From NCBI GenBank assembly GCA_030264375.1, contig JASCQW010000061.1:105254367-105318366 (forward strand): 64,000 nucleotides of DNA. The letters run 5' to 3'. The notes below the pieces were generated by a model that was not told the origin of the DNA, searched no databases, and saw nothing but the letters and a program-made list of their open reading frames with translations. The number at the start of each line of letters is the position of its first letter. Within the stretch, counting starts at the first letter, position 1. A program made the position numbers and the translations under genes. The DNA is from Carcharhinus longimanus. Lineage: Eukaryota. Below are positions 52,375 to 63,795 of this stretch, one piece after another.

Positions 52375-52535
52375 AACCATCATTTTGTAAATTGAGTTTG
52401 TGTCTTTATATGCCCTGTTTGTGAATAGAACTCCCACTCACCTGATGAAGGAGCAACGAGCGCTCCAAAAGCTGGTGAATTTTGCTACCAGTTAAACCTG
52501 TTGGACTTTAACCTGGATGTTGTGAGACTTCTTAC
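52375..52535 (+). mobile_element. Penelope-derived repeat with mutated hammerhead (about 52436-52480)
   Basis: gaactcccactcacctgatgaaggagc...gctccaaaagctggtg...aaacctgttggactttaacctggatgttgtgagacttcttac. Confidence 0.65.
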
Positions 52536-52582
52536 AGAGAATAATGTGCCAGAGTTGGGCTCCTAAGCCACATCAACCACAT

Positions 52583-52862
52583 CGGGCGGCACGGTAGCAC
52601 AGTGGTTAGCTCTGCTGCCTGACAACACCAGGGACCTGGGTTCGCTTTGGGTGACTGTGTGGAGTTTGCACATTCTCCCTATGTGTGCTCTGGTTTCCTT
52701 CCACAATCCAAAGATGTGCGGGTTAGATTGATTAGCCATGCTAAATTGCTCCTTAGTGTTAGGAGAGTAAATATGTGGGGTTACAGGGATAGGACCTAAG
52801 TGGGTGTAGGTTTGATGGGCCAAATGGCTTCTTTCTGCACTGCAGATTTTATGATTCTATGA
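52583..52862 (+). mobile_element. HE1-type V-SINE
   Basis: gggcggcacggtagcacagtggttagc...ggagtttgcacattctccc...ctgcactgcagattttatgattctatga. Confidence 0.85.
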
Positions 52863-53233
52863 GGTACTGCTTCACATAGAGTCAACTACCAAGGCTCAAT
52901 CTGTCGTAGATGGTTCGAGTACCTAAAGATTAACTTGAGACTGTATCATCCATATGCTGGTGTAGGAAGGCACCTGACCGAAAGCTCAGACCAGTCTAGG
53001 GATGAGTGGCATGGTGTAAAGACCTAGTATCATGTCCTCTCCATATGGTTATCAAAGTTTTCCATGTAACTTATGCAAGGCTACTTTGTGGTGCCCAAGC
53101 AGCACCCTTCAAGTATAGTAACAACAGAATATATTATAACAACATTAGAATCTTTCACAATCTAACGTCTCATGAGACAGAAGGCTGCTAAAGCCAAAGT
53201 CAATCTTTTCACCATGAGTTTATTTTGCGCTAC

Positions 53234-53470
53234 TAGAACAAAGAACAGAGAAAATTACAGCACAGGAACAGGCCCTTCGGCCCTCCGAGCCTGCACTGAC
53301 CATGTTGCCTGACTTTAACTAAAACCCCCTACTCTTCCGGGGACCATATCCCTTTATTCCCATCTATTCATGTATTTGTCAAGATGCCCCTTAAAATTCA
53401 CTACCATATCCACTTCCACTACCTCCCCCGATAACGAGTTCCAGGCACCCACCACCCTCTGTGTAAAAAT
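53234..53470 (-). mobile_element. CR1 LINE 3' tail
   Basis: agaacaaagaacagagaaaattacagcacaggaacaggcccttcggccc...ccaggcacccaccaccctctgtgtaaaaa. Confidence 0.75.
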
Positions 53471-54522
53471 CTCTGTTGTAGATCATTTTATCTCTTTTGA
53501 ACATGACTTGCACCAGTAAACAAAAATTAGCTTGGGTATGATCAAGAGACACTTAGCTGTTTAAGCAGTTGGTAATAACTTTATGTTAAATACAACTACT
53601 GAAACCGTTGCAGTCTCCTAATCTTTCTTTCATAGCTTAAGAAGCAACAGCCCCTCATTTTCATATTCTTGGCTGTAGTGATTCTGTAATTAACAACAGA
53701 AAACTTTAATTGTTGATTAAATCAACACTAAAAATTCATTATGATGAATCATAATGATGATTCTCCTGATGGATGCACATGCACTAGCAGCAAGCAGTTG
53801 AGTTCAGAGTTGAGTTCATGGATCAGAAACATTCCAGGCATGATCACTGATCTGTGCTGAGCAGCTGTCAGAGTGCTATCATTAGTTTCAATGTATCTGA
53901 GTTAATGAAGGGTAGATTGGTTAGGGTTCTTTGTTGTTTGCTATCTGGCAGCCCTAAATGCTAGTGAAAACAGGAGAATGTTTAGCTGGTGTCTTCCTAC
54001 AGTCAAATAAACTACCAATATTAATATTCTAAGTTTAAAAAAATGAAATATGACTATGTGTTTGGTGTATGATAGAGTGACAAGTAGGCCAGAGACATCA
54101 GCAAGCATTTAAAAAATATCAGAAGGTACTGTGGATTGAAAGCACATGCATGTATTAAGTATTTTTAAAAATCATACGTCAATGTCAACTAACTTTTATT
54201 CTTGTAGCTCCCTATAACCATAGTAATAATAATGTAAAGTGCCTATGTAAGTCTATCACATAGTAATGATGCATTATGGAGGCATGACCAACTTACTAAG
54301 GAATTTTCTATCACAAGTGTGGACATAGCCATGTGTAATGTAAAAATACATTCCATCATATTTTTATGATAAAATTAATACTGATTTACATATGTGTGCA
54401 ATGTTCCAATTATTCTTTACCTTCCCTGAAGTTAACACTTGACACAGGATTTAATGTTAAGTGGGGGTCAGGTGCCCGCACTGTCACTCACCTGTGATTA
54501 CTCATCTGTGATTTCCCACCAT

Positions 54523-55080
54523 GAAACATAGAACAGTACAGCACAGTACAGGTCCTTCAGCCCTCAATGTTGTGCCGAGCTATGTCCAAACCCAAGATCA
54601 AGCTATCCCACTCCTGATCATTCTGGTGTGCTCCATGTGCCTATCCAATAACTGCTTGAAAGTTCCTAAAATGTCTGACTCCGCTAACAGAGCAGGCAGT
54701 GCATTCCACAACCCAACCACTCTGAGTGAAGAATCTGCCTTGGACATCCCTCCTATATCTCCCACCATGAACCTTTATAGTTATGTCCCTAGTAACAGCT
54801 ACGTCCACCTGAGGAAATAGTCTCTGCACATTCACTCTATCTATCCCCCTCGTCATCTTATAAACTTCTATTCTAAGTCACCTCTCATCCTCCTCCGCTC
54901 TAAAGAGAAGAGCCCTAGTTCCCTCAACATTTCCTCATAAGACCTACCCTCCAAACTAGGCAGTATCTTGGTAAATCTCCTCTGCACTCTCTCTAATGCT
55001 TCCACATCCTTCTTATAGTGAGGTGACCAGAACTGCACACAATATTCCAAATGTGGTCTCACCAAGGTCCGGTATAGTTG
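54523..55080 (-). mobile_element. CR1/HER1 LINE 3' fragment
   Basis: [64 protein letters not shown]. Confidence 0.9.
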
Positions 55081-55264
55081 ATGTTGATCGAGAGTAGATC
55101 AATGGGGCAGTAAGTGGCTGGATTGCATTTGTCTTGCTTTTTGTAGAGGTCATTCCTGTACTGTAGCTGTACTGGAACAGCTTGCCTTGTTCCGAAGCAC
55201 AGGTCTTCATCCAGCTTTAGAACTGGGATGTTTCAGGGCCCATATTCTGTGTTGAATCCAATAG

Positions 55265-55590
55265 GATGGCACAGTAGCACAGTGGTTAGCACTGCTGCCT
55301 CACAGTGCCAGGGACTTGGGTATGATTCCCAGCTTGGGTCACTGTCTTTGTGGAGGTTGCACATTCTCCCGTGTCTGCGTGGGTTTCCTCCGAGTGCTCC
55401 AGTTTCCTCCCACAGTCCAAAGATGTACGGGTTAGGTGGATTGGCCATACCAAACTGTCCCTTAGTGTCAGGGGACTAGCTAGGGTAAAAAAAAGCATGG
55501 GGTTACAGGGCTAGGACCCGGATGGGATTGTGGTCGGTACAGACTCAATGGGCCGAATAGCCTCCTTCTGCACTGTAGGATTTTATGATC
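55265..55590 (+). mobile_element. HE1-type V-SINE, full length
   Basis: ggcacagtagcacagtggttagcactgctgcctcacagtgccagggac...cattctcccgtgtctgcgtgggtttcctccgagtgctcc...ctgcactgtaggattttatga. Confidence 0.88.
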
Positions 55591-55709
55591 ACTGTAGCCC
55601 CTTCTCTTTTCCAAATTTCACATCCAACCAGTTCATTTTCTTCCCGGAATCTATGCATGTGAGAATAAAGAGGTTTGTTTGCAGTTCATATATTATGTAT
55701 CTCAATCAG

Positions 55710-56127
55710 TATTTTAAAACTTTCTTATGCCTTTCACACTAACATTTTTTCAGGACATGAGGATGGACCATTTACATACTTCAACGAGGAAGTGAATGAT
55801 GATGCTGAACGCAAAGACCGCACGATTGTCCTGATGGGGGGCTCAGCACAGAAGATCTCTGTAAGATTGAAGCCCGTTGTAATGCATAAGGCCACACAGA
55901 CTGACGCAACTGGCTTAGACACAGATGTCTCGGGGAATCAAGCGACTTCTGCGGGAAGAATGAAGACACCAGACACCTCCCTGCTATCCCCAAACATACT
56001 CCCACTGTGCCCAAGTCCCATTCCCGCTCGCAGGAGACCCTGTGTGAAGTGGGAAAATATGGCATCTTTTCACAAACCTAAAAGTGATGACTTTAGCAAG
56101 GAGCATCGACTATATCAACTAGAAAAG
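55710..56127 (+). CDS. Candidate unrecognised coding exon J in the RIMS2 C2A intron (alternative acceptors at 55710 or 55754); contains a KATQTD motif
   Basis: Stop-free frame 55675-56148; donor AAG|gtacga at 56127; acceptors ctcaatcag|T (phase 2) and cactaacattttttcag|G (phase 1). No repeat motif recognised. No homology known to me. Confidence 0.4.
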
Positions 56128-56537
56128 GTACGAATCCATTTGTTTTAAAGAACATTTATCACAGTTGGGCAATGTAAAATCTGATAATATTTTTTGTTTC
56201 TAAAAAAAACATTTTTTAGCGAAACGATGTTGTTCAAAATGAACCTCAATAGTTATTATTTTTAATTCATTCATGGGACATGGGCATCGCTGGCTGGCCA
56301 ACGTTTATTGCCCATCCCCAGTTGCCCTTGAATTGAGTGGCTTGCTAAGCCAATTTAGAGGGCAGTTGAGAGTCAACCACATTGCTGTGTCTGGAGTCAC
56401 ATGTAGGCCAGACCAGGTAAGGATGGCCCTAAAGGACATTAGTGATACTTTAAAACAACCTTTAGCAGACCCTTGCCAGCTGGCTAACCCAGGGATATCA
56501 TTAACCTGGAGAAGGCAGTGTGTCCTGGAATATTGGA

Positions 56538-56626
56538 GCAGCACAGTGACACAGTGGTTAGCACTGCTGCCTCACAGCGCCAGGGACCCGGGTTCAATTC
56601 CGGCCTTGGGTCACTGTCTGTGTGGA
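56538..56626 (+). mobile_element. HE1-type V-SINE 5' part (runs into gap)
   Basis: gcacagtgacacagtggttagcactgctgcctcacagcgccagggacccgggttcaattccgg. Confidence 0.85.
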
Positions 56627-57526
56627 NNNNNNNNNNNNNNNNNNNNNNNNNNNNNNNNNNNNNNNNNNNNNNNNNNNNNNNNNNNNNNNNNNNNNNNNNN
56701 NNNNNNNNNNNNNNNNNNNNNNNNNNCTGTCCAGTTAAGGGCAGCAGATGAACACTCAAGGCAGCCCAGGGCCCTGATAGGTAAGAGAGAGAATGGAACT
56801 TCCACCAAGATGGAGATACCCTCACTCCATCTTTATAAAATTTAAAATAAGAAAAGCCTTTCGCAAACGGACCATGTTGTGGGAGAGAGGGGCACCCCTT
56901 CTAAAGGGAAGCCTGGGCTACAACTAAAGTCAGATTGGTAGACAGGAAAATCTTAGTCATCCTCTAACAGTTGACTTTAATATGCTTTTATCTAGCTTAA
57001 TCTGCTAACTGTGTGTTGTGGGTGGGTAGCCCTGCCCCTCCACGTCTCCCCACCTCAACTGTGGGAAAATTGTCCATGGGCAGGAGGGAACCAAGAAACT
57101 GACATGACAGGCAGCAGCTTGAAATTTCATGCCCATACGACTNNNNNNNNNNACTCCGTGTAACTCCCTTCAGGGCCCAAAAATTCAGAGTTGAATGACT
57201 GTATAATAAACTCTGAAATGGAGTATCCACTGGGCTCATTTTACATGCCTCCTGAGTATGTGCCTGGTATCAGGCCATAGACAGAATGTTATGGCCATTC
57301 ATGCCGGTGGGATTTTCCGCTGCATTGAACGGAGATTTAGTTGGGCACCAAATTCTCCGACCTCACGGCAGCGGGATCATGGCTTGAACTGCCGGTAAGA
57401 TCGTGCCCCATGTCTTTTGTCTTCACAGAGAAGGCAGCATCAAGAATGAATGGATAAGTATCCTTTTAATATATGTTTTGAAGCACTGCTCACAGTTCTC
57501 ATTTCTATCCTGTGATTGTTTGCCAG

Positions 57527-57698
57527 TGACAAAAGCAAACGAAGAACAAAAACAGTGAAGAAAACACTTGAGCCCAAGTGGAACCAGACGTTCATTTATT
57601 CTCCAGTTCATCGGAGAGAATTTCGAGAACGGATGTTAGAAATCACACTATGGGACCAAGCTCGAGTTCGAGAGGAAGAGAGTGAATTTTTAGGAGAG
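57527..57698 (+). CDS. RIMS2: RIMS2 exon K (172 nt, phase 2 to 0), C2A C-half: (S)DKSKRRTKTVKKTLEPKWNQTFIYSPVHRREFRERMLEITLWDQARVREEESEFLGE
   Basis: tttgccag|T GAC...GAG|gtaaca; RIM C2A sequence. Confidence 0.98.
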
Positions 57699-58099
57699 GT
57701 AACAATATTTAAAAGAAAAGTTCCATTGGCCCAGAGTTTGTTGTAATAAGAATGGCAAGGCTGACAGATTTCACCGTTATTATAGAGTAAATTAGGCAGC
57801 AACATGTGGGATGTGCACATTTGTAATTTAATGCAGAAATTCAGAGATTGCTGTCAGATATGGCCTGTTTTTCCTAACAGTGTGGTGTTGAAGTCATTGC
57901 CAGTAGTCTTGGCATTTAACATGGACCTTTTGTACTTCCCAATGATTAAATGCAAAAACGGTAAAAAAAGATTGGAGCTGGTGTGTTCGGAAGTAAATGA
58001 CCTTTTAACAGTGATCATTTTCTGAACAAGCTCTCTGACTCTGCAAAGTTACTTTTTAAAGCATATAAACTAATTCTCTCTGAAGAAAATCAGTGTTGA

Positions 58100-58960
58100 G
58101 CATAGGATCAAGGATTGCCCATTCAGCCCGTTGAGCCTACTCTTCGTTCAGTACGAATGTAGTTGATCAGATACTTCAATGCCTTTTTACCCCCACTATC
58201 CCCATGACGCTTTACGTACTGTTGATCAGTAATCTATCAATCTCTACCATAAATTTACACAATGACTGAGCTTCCCCGGCCCTCTGGTGTAGAGAATTCC
58301 CAACATTCACAGCATTTTGTGCAAAGAAACCTCTCCCAATCTCAGTGGGTTCCCTCTTATTTTGAAATTGTGCCTCCTAGCTCTAGACTCCCCAACCAAA
58401 GAAAACATATCACCTGCATCTACCCTATTTCTTTAAGTATTTTGTAGGTTTCAATAAGATCACCTCTCAGTCTTCAATACTCAAGAATATAGGCCCAGTT
58501 TTCCCGATTCCTCTTCATAAGACAGTCCCACAAGTGCTAATCCTTGTAGTACCCATGAGCCATAGCCTGCTAATGTGAGAATGACTCATTTATTCCTACT
58601 CTCTGTTTTCTGCCTGTTAAGCAATCCTTAATCCATGCCAGTATATTGCTTCCTATCCTATGTGCTTTTATTTTGCTAATCAATCTGCTGTGGAGGACTT
58701 TATCGAAAGCGTTCTGAAAATCTAAATATACTACAACCGTCAACTCTCCTTTATCAATTTAGTTAGTAACAGCCAACGAATTTGTCAAACATGATTTCTC
58801 ATTCGTAAAACCATGCTGACTATGCCCAATCAAATCATGATTATCCAACTGTCCATTTATCACATCCTTTATAATAGATCCTAGCATTTTCTCTACTATT
58901 ATGTGAGGTTAACTGCTCTGTAGTTATTGTTTTTTTTTCTCACCTTCCTTTAAATAGTTT
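58100..58960 (-). mobile_element. CR1 LINE fragments
   Basis: ggactttatcgaaagcgttctgaaaatctaaata (reverse complement YLDFQNAFDKV); catgatttctcattcgtaaaaccatgctgact (SQHGFTNEKSC); 3' tail at about 58100. Confidence 0.75.
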
Positions 58961-61289
58961 GGTGAGGTTTGATGCCTTCCAAACAATTTGTATATTTTTT
59001 TACACTTTTTTTTGTATGTTTTGTTGATATTTTTATCTCCCTCCCTTTATCCCATCTGTACATCTCAATCTTTATTTCACTTGTTCTGCATCATTTAAAA
59101 TTAATTAATTTTTCTGACTTAATACTTCCTAATTTAGACTCTGTGTGGTCAGAAGTCTTCAGTTTGATTGGAGGTTCTGAAGGGGATGGTGAGTTACTGG
59201 AGAGAAGGTGTCCCGAGGGAGAGATTGCTGTGAAGGAGATAGCATCCTTTGCACCGGGAGGGTAGGGCAGATATTGGGGTGGGAACCCAATGAGGAAGGG
59301 GGCAGCTGAAAGGCCACCAGGAGAATTTTGCACTGTGCCAACACCCACTGGTGGGACACAATAAATGTCTGGCCATAGCCCTGTTGTAATGCAAGAGATG
59401 TGAATGCAAGATCCCACAGTTAGAAATTATAATTTCTTTTGTGATATTGGTTTGGGATAATTATTGGGATTAACCTGCTTGCTCTTCTTCAGGATAATGT
59501 AACGTAATATTTTTTATCCACCAGAAAAAGCCACTTGGCATGTTCTTAGTTTAACGTCTCCGCTGAAAGACTGGGCAAGCTTGTTTGCTGAAAGAGGGTC
59601 AGCTGAATTCAACAAACATCCCTTTCTCAGTGAGAACATCACCTTTTTGATTCTGTTTCCTGGTGATAGTTGATTAGATTGACAGCTCAGCCGACTGCTA
59701 GCTGAGAAAATAAACTGTAGTAGTCCACACCCAGAGAAGATTGAAGAGGGTCTCTGGCATTTGGGAAACTGCAGGGTTGATGGGAAGGTGAGAGGGACAA
59801 TCAGGAGGGAGGAGACATCGCAAGCTAAAGATCGTGGAGTTTTTCGGCTCATGGGGGTCACCCGATCACGCAGAAGATTTGTTTGAGAGTGGGGGAATTT
59901 ACATAAGTATTTATCATCATCTAATCTCTGTATTTCCTCAACCAGCTCCTTCTGGCCCACAGGCAGCGCTATAAAAACCTGCTGGATGCAGCTGCTTCTT
60001 TCTCCCTTTAGCTCTCAGTTTCCCCAAACCATGGAAAACATGGCTAGCCAGCATTAAATATGAATAGCTGCCAAAATCACAGGAATTGAACCTCATAATC
60101 AGCTCATAATGATGAACTCATTGCAGGTTACTGGATGTTTTCAAACTACATGAATAAAATGGAGGTTCTCCATGGTTTGGGACTGTATTTCATACATCTG
60201 CCAATTTAACCCCCCCACTCTGACTCCACCCCACCATTTGAGATGGATTAAACCTCAACCCTCGCAATGTTCCAGCAAATTAGATTTTCTCCTTTGAAGC
60301 ACAGGCAGTTATTCCGGTACTGCTCATTTGGACAGGATGAAATGGTTTGTCGTGGTTTGCGTTGTCTAGTCCCTTTAAAATCCTAAAATCAGCAATCATT
60401 ATCACCTGTCAAACTTCTCTCTCCTACTGAGAACATGCTCAATTTACATAAGTACTTGTCATCATCTAATCTCTGCATTCCCTCAATCATTCTGATTGTT
60501 TTTTCATTCGTTACAATATTCTTTCTGTACTGCGGTCACCAGAACTCTGCGGAACGTTCTTGAAGTATGGTTGCGTAAAGTGCTATCAGTTTCTCATTTT
60601 GGTTCATTATTAACCCTTTGGTTTATCTTTAATTCTTATTTGCTTTGCTCATTACTACAAAGCTTTATTTCCACAGTTTACTGTATTGTCAATCAGGACT
60701 TCTGACCTCTCTTGCTTTCCATATGAATTATTTTCTTTCCATGTATCTAATAGTAATTTTCTCGATTTTTTTTATTAAATTCCTGTGTGAACCACTCATG
60801 TAAACATAGAAATACAGAAGCTAAGAGCAAGAGTAGACCATTTGGCCCGTTGAGTCATGGTTCTTTTTCACCCCCACACAAAATCAGTAATTAGATCAGG
60901 AAGACCTCCCTCAAATCAGCTCATTTTGGCAATCTTTTATGATTTCGTTTCTATCCAAATGTTTATAACCTTATCTTTAATAAAAATTTTCATAATTTTA
61001 ACCACACTTGACAAAATAACTCACTACATGACAATTTTTTTGTTACTATTTTCAAAAGTAAGATTAGCATCTGCTTTTCTTTATTCCCTAGGGACCTCAG
61101 CAATGTTCAGAAATTTGTACAGGAGTTCCTGTATGTTCCTCCCTTAGTTCCTTCAAGATACTCAATGGATTGTACCAGAAATTAATTGTGTCATATCCAG
61201 TCTCTCAAATTTAATCTTATCTGGCCCCTGATGAGTTAATTACAGCCTGGAAATGCTAGCGTTAATGTAGATTCGAGATTTTAGCTCTG

Positions 61290-61740
61290 GCTGAGTGGGG
61301 AGAGTAATCTAGAACCAGGGAGCACAGATCAGACCTCTATCACTTCGCCCATCACGGAATTGGCGTGGGCGAGGATCCGACAACAGAAATTTCCATTGAC
61401 CTCGGGTGGGAATTTCTAGTCTCATCCAAACGAGTCCACAAAATCCCACCCACAGCCTCAGAATGAGGGACAGGCTATGTAGGACAGGCTACTTAAGACA
61501 GACAAGGAGGAATTTCTTCAGTGAGGGAGGCAAATGTTTGAAATTCTCTGCCTCTGATGATTATGAAGGCTTAGTCATTGAGTTTGTCCAAGACTGAGAT
61601 TGATAGATTTTTACAAATGAAAAATATCTAGCCGTGTGGAGAGAGTTCAGGAAAACACTGTTGGAGATCAGGGATGATCTGGTGAAGTAGACTTGACAGG
61701 TTGAATGGCCTATTCCTACTTCTGTTTCTTTTGTTCTTGT
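61290..61740 (+). mobile_element. CR1 3' end interrupted by a short palindromic MITE (about 61340-61455)
   Basis: tctagaaccagggagcacag...cacagcctcagaatgaggg...aggaggaatttcttcagtgaggg...gaatggcctattcctacttct. Confidence 0.65.
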
Positions 61741-62692
61741 GTTCAGACCAAAAAAGAAAGAAACTCCTTGAATGAAGTAACTGGCAAACCCCCCAGTTTA
61801 TTGTGCTGGCCAAGTACGAGCCAATGACTCAACAAGGTTGTAGATGTGACCTGGAATTCCATCATCAACTGGTGGATAAAAATTTCAAGAATAATTAATG
61901 ATTTAACATTAATGAATTATAAACTTCTCCTGCTTCTCCTAATGATTTTTTTATCTTCAGAGCACAATGATTTTTATATGTTTTCAATCTCTTTTTTTTC
62001 AGAATCATTAAGTCACTATCCAATCAGGATCATGCTCACTAGTCTAAGACTGCAACATTAACCAATGCATTTGTGATATTCTATTTTTTGCAAGAAATGG
62101 GTGACGCACGCACTGTTATCTTGATTTTACTTTGGACTTTGCTTTGAATCCAATAATTTAATTATTGAAGGATTGATGTGAATGTAAATGTAAGGATTTA
62201 TGGAATGAAAATGATCATTCTCTGTCGGATCTAAAGCTAGTGTAAAATGAGTGTGAATGGTTTGATTCCTATTCCTAGAAGGCTCAGACTACAGCAAAAC
62301 ATTGGCACAGTAGTGTGTGTTGTTATCGGAATGGGTTGAGATCCTTGTCGGTACACTGAAAGGGCTATTTACTGGATCCCCTGTCACTGTTTGATGCTAA
62401 TAATGACTACCAGAAATTAGAAATTGTTCTGTTCCCACTTGCTAATTTTGCTCCTCACTTCAAAAATGCAGTAAATAATTGCATTAAATTTATGAAATAA
62501 TTTATGAAGGTAGCAAAGATGTTAGAACAATAACCTGAGCTTGGTGTCTCCAAGTTGAGAATGCATTGAAAAGAACTTCCTCCCTCCAGCAATTTATTAG
62601 CTAACATAGTTCCATAGCATGTGATAAAGATAATTAGGATGCTATTTACACAGGTAAGTGATATTGATGCAGGTGAGTTCTGATCGATACAG

Positions 62693-63000
62693 TGGCATGG
62701 CAACAAAGGGGTTAGCACTGCTGCCTTGCAGTGCCAGGGAACCAAGTTCAATTCTGACGTCAGGTCACTGTCTGTGTGGAGTTTGCATGTTCTCCCCATG
62801 CCTATGTGGGAGAACCATGCGCTCCAGTTTCCTCCCATACTCCAGAGATGTGTGGGTCAGGTTGGCTGGCCATGATAAATTGCCCCTGAATGTCAGGGGG
62901 ACTAGGAGCGTAAATATGTGATTCAATCCATAAGACCTGGGTGGGATTGTTGTCAATGTAGACTTGCTGGGCCAAATGGCCGCTTCCTGCATTGTAGATG
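62693..63000 (+). mobile_element. HE1-type V-SINE
   Basis: gggttagcactgctgcc...gtcactgtctgtgtggagtttgcatgttctcccc...gggccaaatggccgcttcctgcattgta. Confidence 0.8.
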
Positions 63001-63284
63001 CTACCTACCACATCCCACAACTCCTCATCTTGTGTTCTATTCATATTCAGTGGTCAGGATTTTCAAACCATTCATGTTCCGCCACTGCAGCAAGCAAGGA
63101 CGGAGAATTTGGCACTCAGCCAAATCTCCGTTCACTCCTGCAGAACCAGAGAATCCCACCAACGTGAACGGCTGGAGGACAAAATCAAGTAAATAGTATA
63201 AAATATATTAGAATATGTGAACATTAATATAGACTGAGTTTGCTGTCCCGTGAATTTTTTTACACACAACGGCCATGAGATGTA

Positions 63285-63497
63285 AAAGCAAAATATTGTG
63301 GATGTTGGAAATCCGAAATCAAAAAAGAAAATGCTGAGAAAACTCAGCTGGCCTGGCAACATCTGTGGAGAGAGAAACAGAGTTGATATTTCAAGCCTGC
63401 ATGATTCTTCAGTCGTATGGATTCAAAATATTAACTTTATTTTCTCTCTTCACAGATGCTGCCAAACCTGCCGAGTTTTTCCAGCATTTTCAGTTTT
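63285..63497. mobile_element. Penelope-derived fold-back element just upstream of exon L
   Basis: aaaatgctgagaaaactcagctggcctggcaacatctgtggagagagaaa is inverted relative to tttctctcttcacagatgctgccaaacctgccgagtttttccagcatttt. Confidence 0.65.
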
Positions 63498-63641
63498 TAC
63501 TCATTATATCATCATGTACTTTTTTTCTCAAAACTAATATTTTCTGAGCATTTTGAATACTGTTTGATTTCTCTTAAGTTTCTCCCTTGTGTTATATTGC
63601 TGACCTCAAATACTATTAGTTGCTTGTCTCCCTGATTTCAG

Positions 63642-63795
63642 ATTCTAATTGAGTTGGAAACCGCCCTGTTGGACGATGAACCTCATTGGTACAAACTCCA
63701 AACACACGACGTTTCATCAATGCCACTTCCTCAACCTTCACCATATTTGCCACGCAGACATCCCCACAGTGAAAGCCCAACAAGGAGGTTACAAA
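63642..63795 (+). CDS. RIMS2: RIMS2 exon L (154 nt, phase 0 to 1), end of C2A: ILIELETALLDDEPHWYKLQTHDVSSMPLPQPSPYLPRRHPHSESPTRRLQ
   Basis: cctgatttcag|ATT...CAA A|gtacgt; RIM C2A C-terminus. Confidence 0.97.

Noticed and set aside
55265-55340. tRNA-like A/B-box sequences (also 21057, 31677, 52583, 56538, 62693)
   Set aside because: These are tRNA-derived heads of HE1-type SINEs, not tRNA genes.
57516-57746. Assignment of the locus to RIMS1 or Piccolo
   Set aside because: Exon peptides (LCAFITK...DTVGHLRP, IKLW, TFIYSPVHRREFRERMLEITLWDQARVREEE, the SLSRRT insert and exon B) match RIM2 as I recall it.
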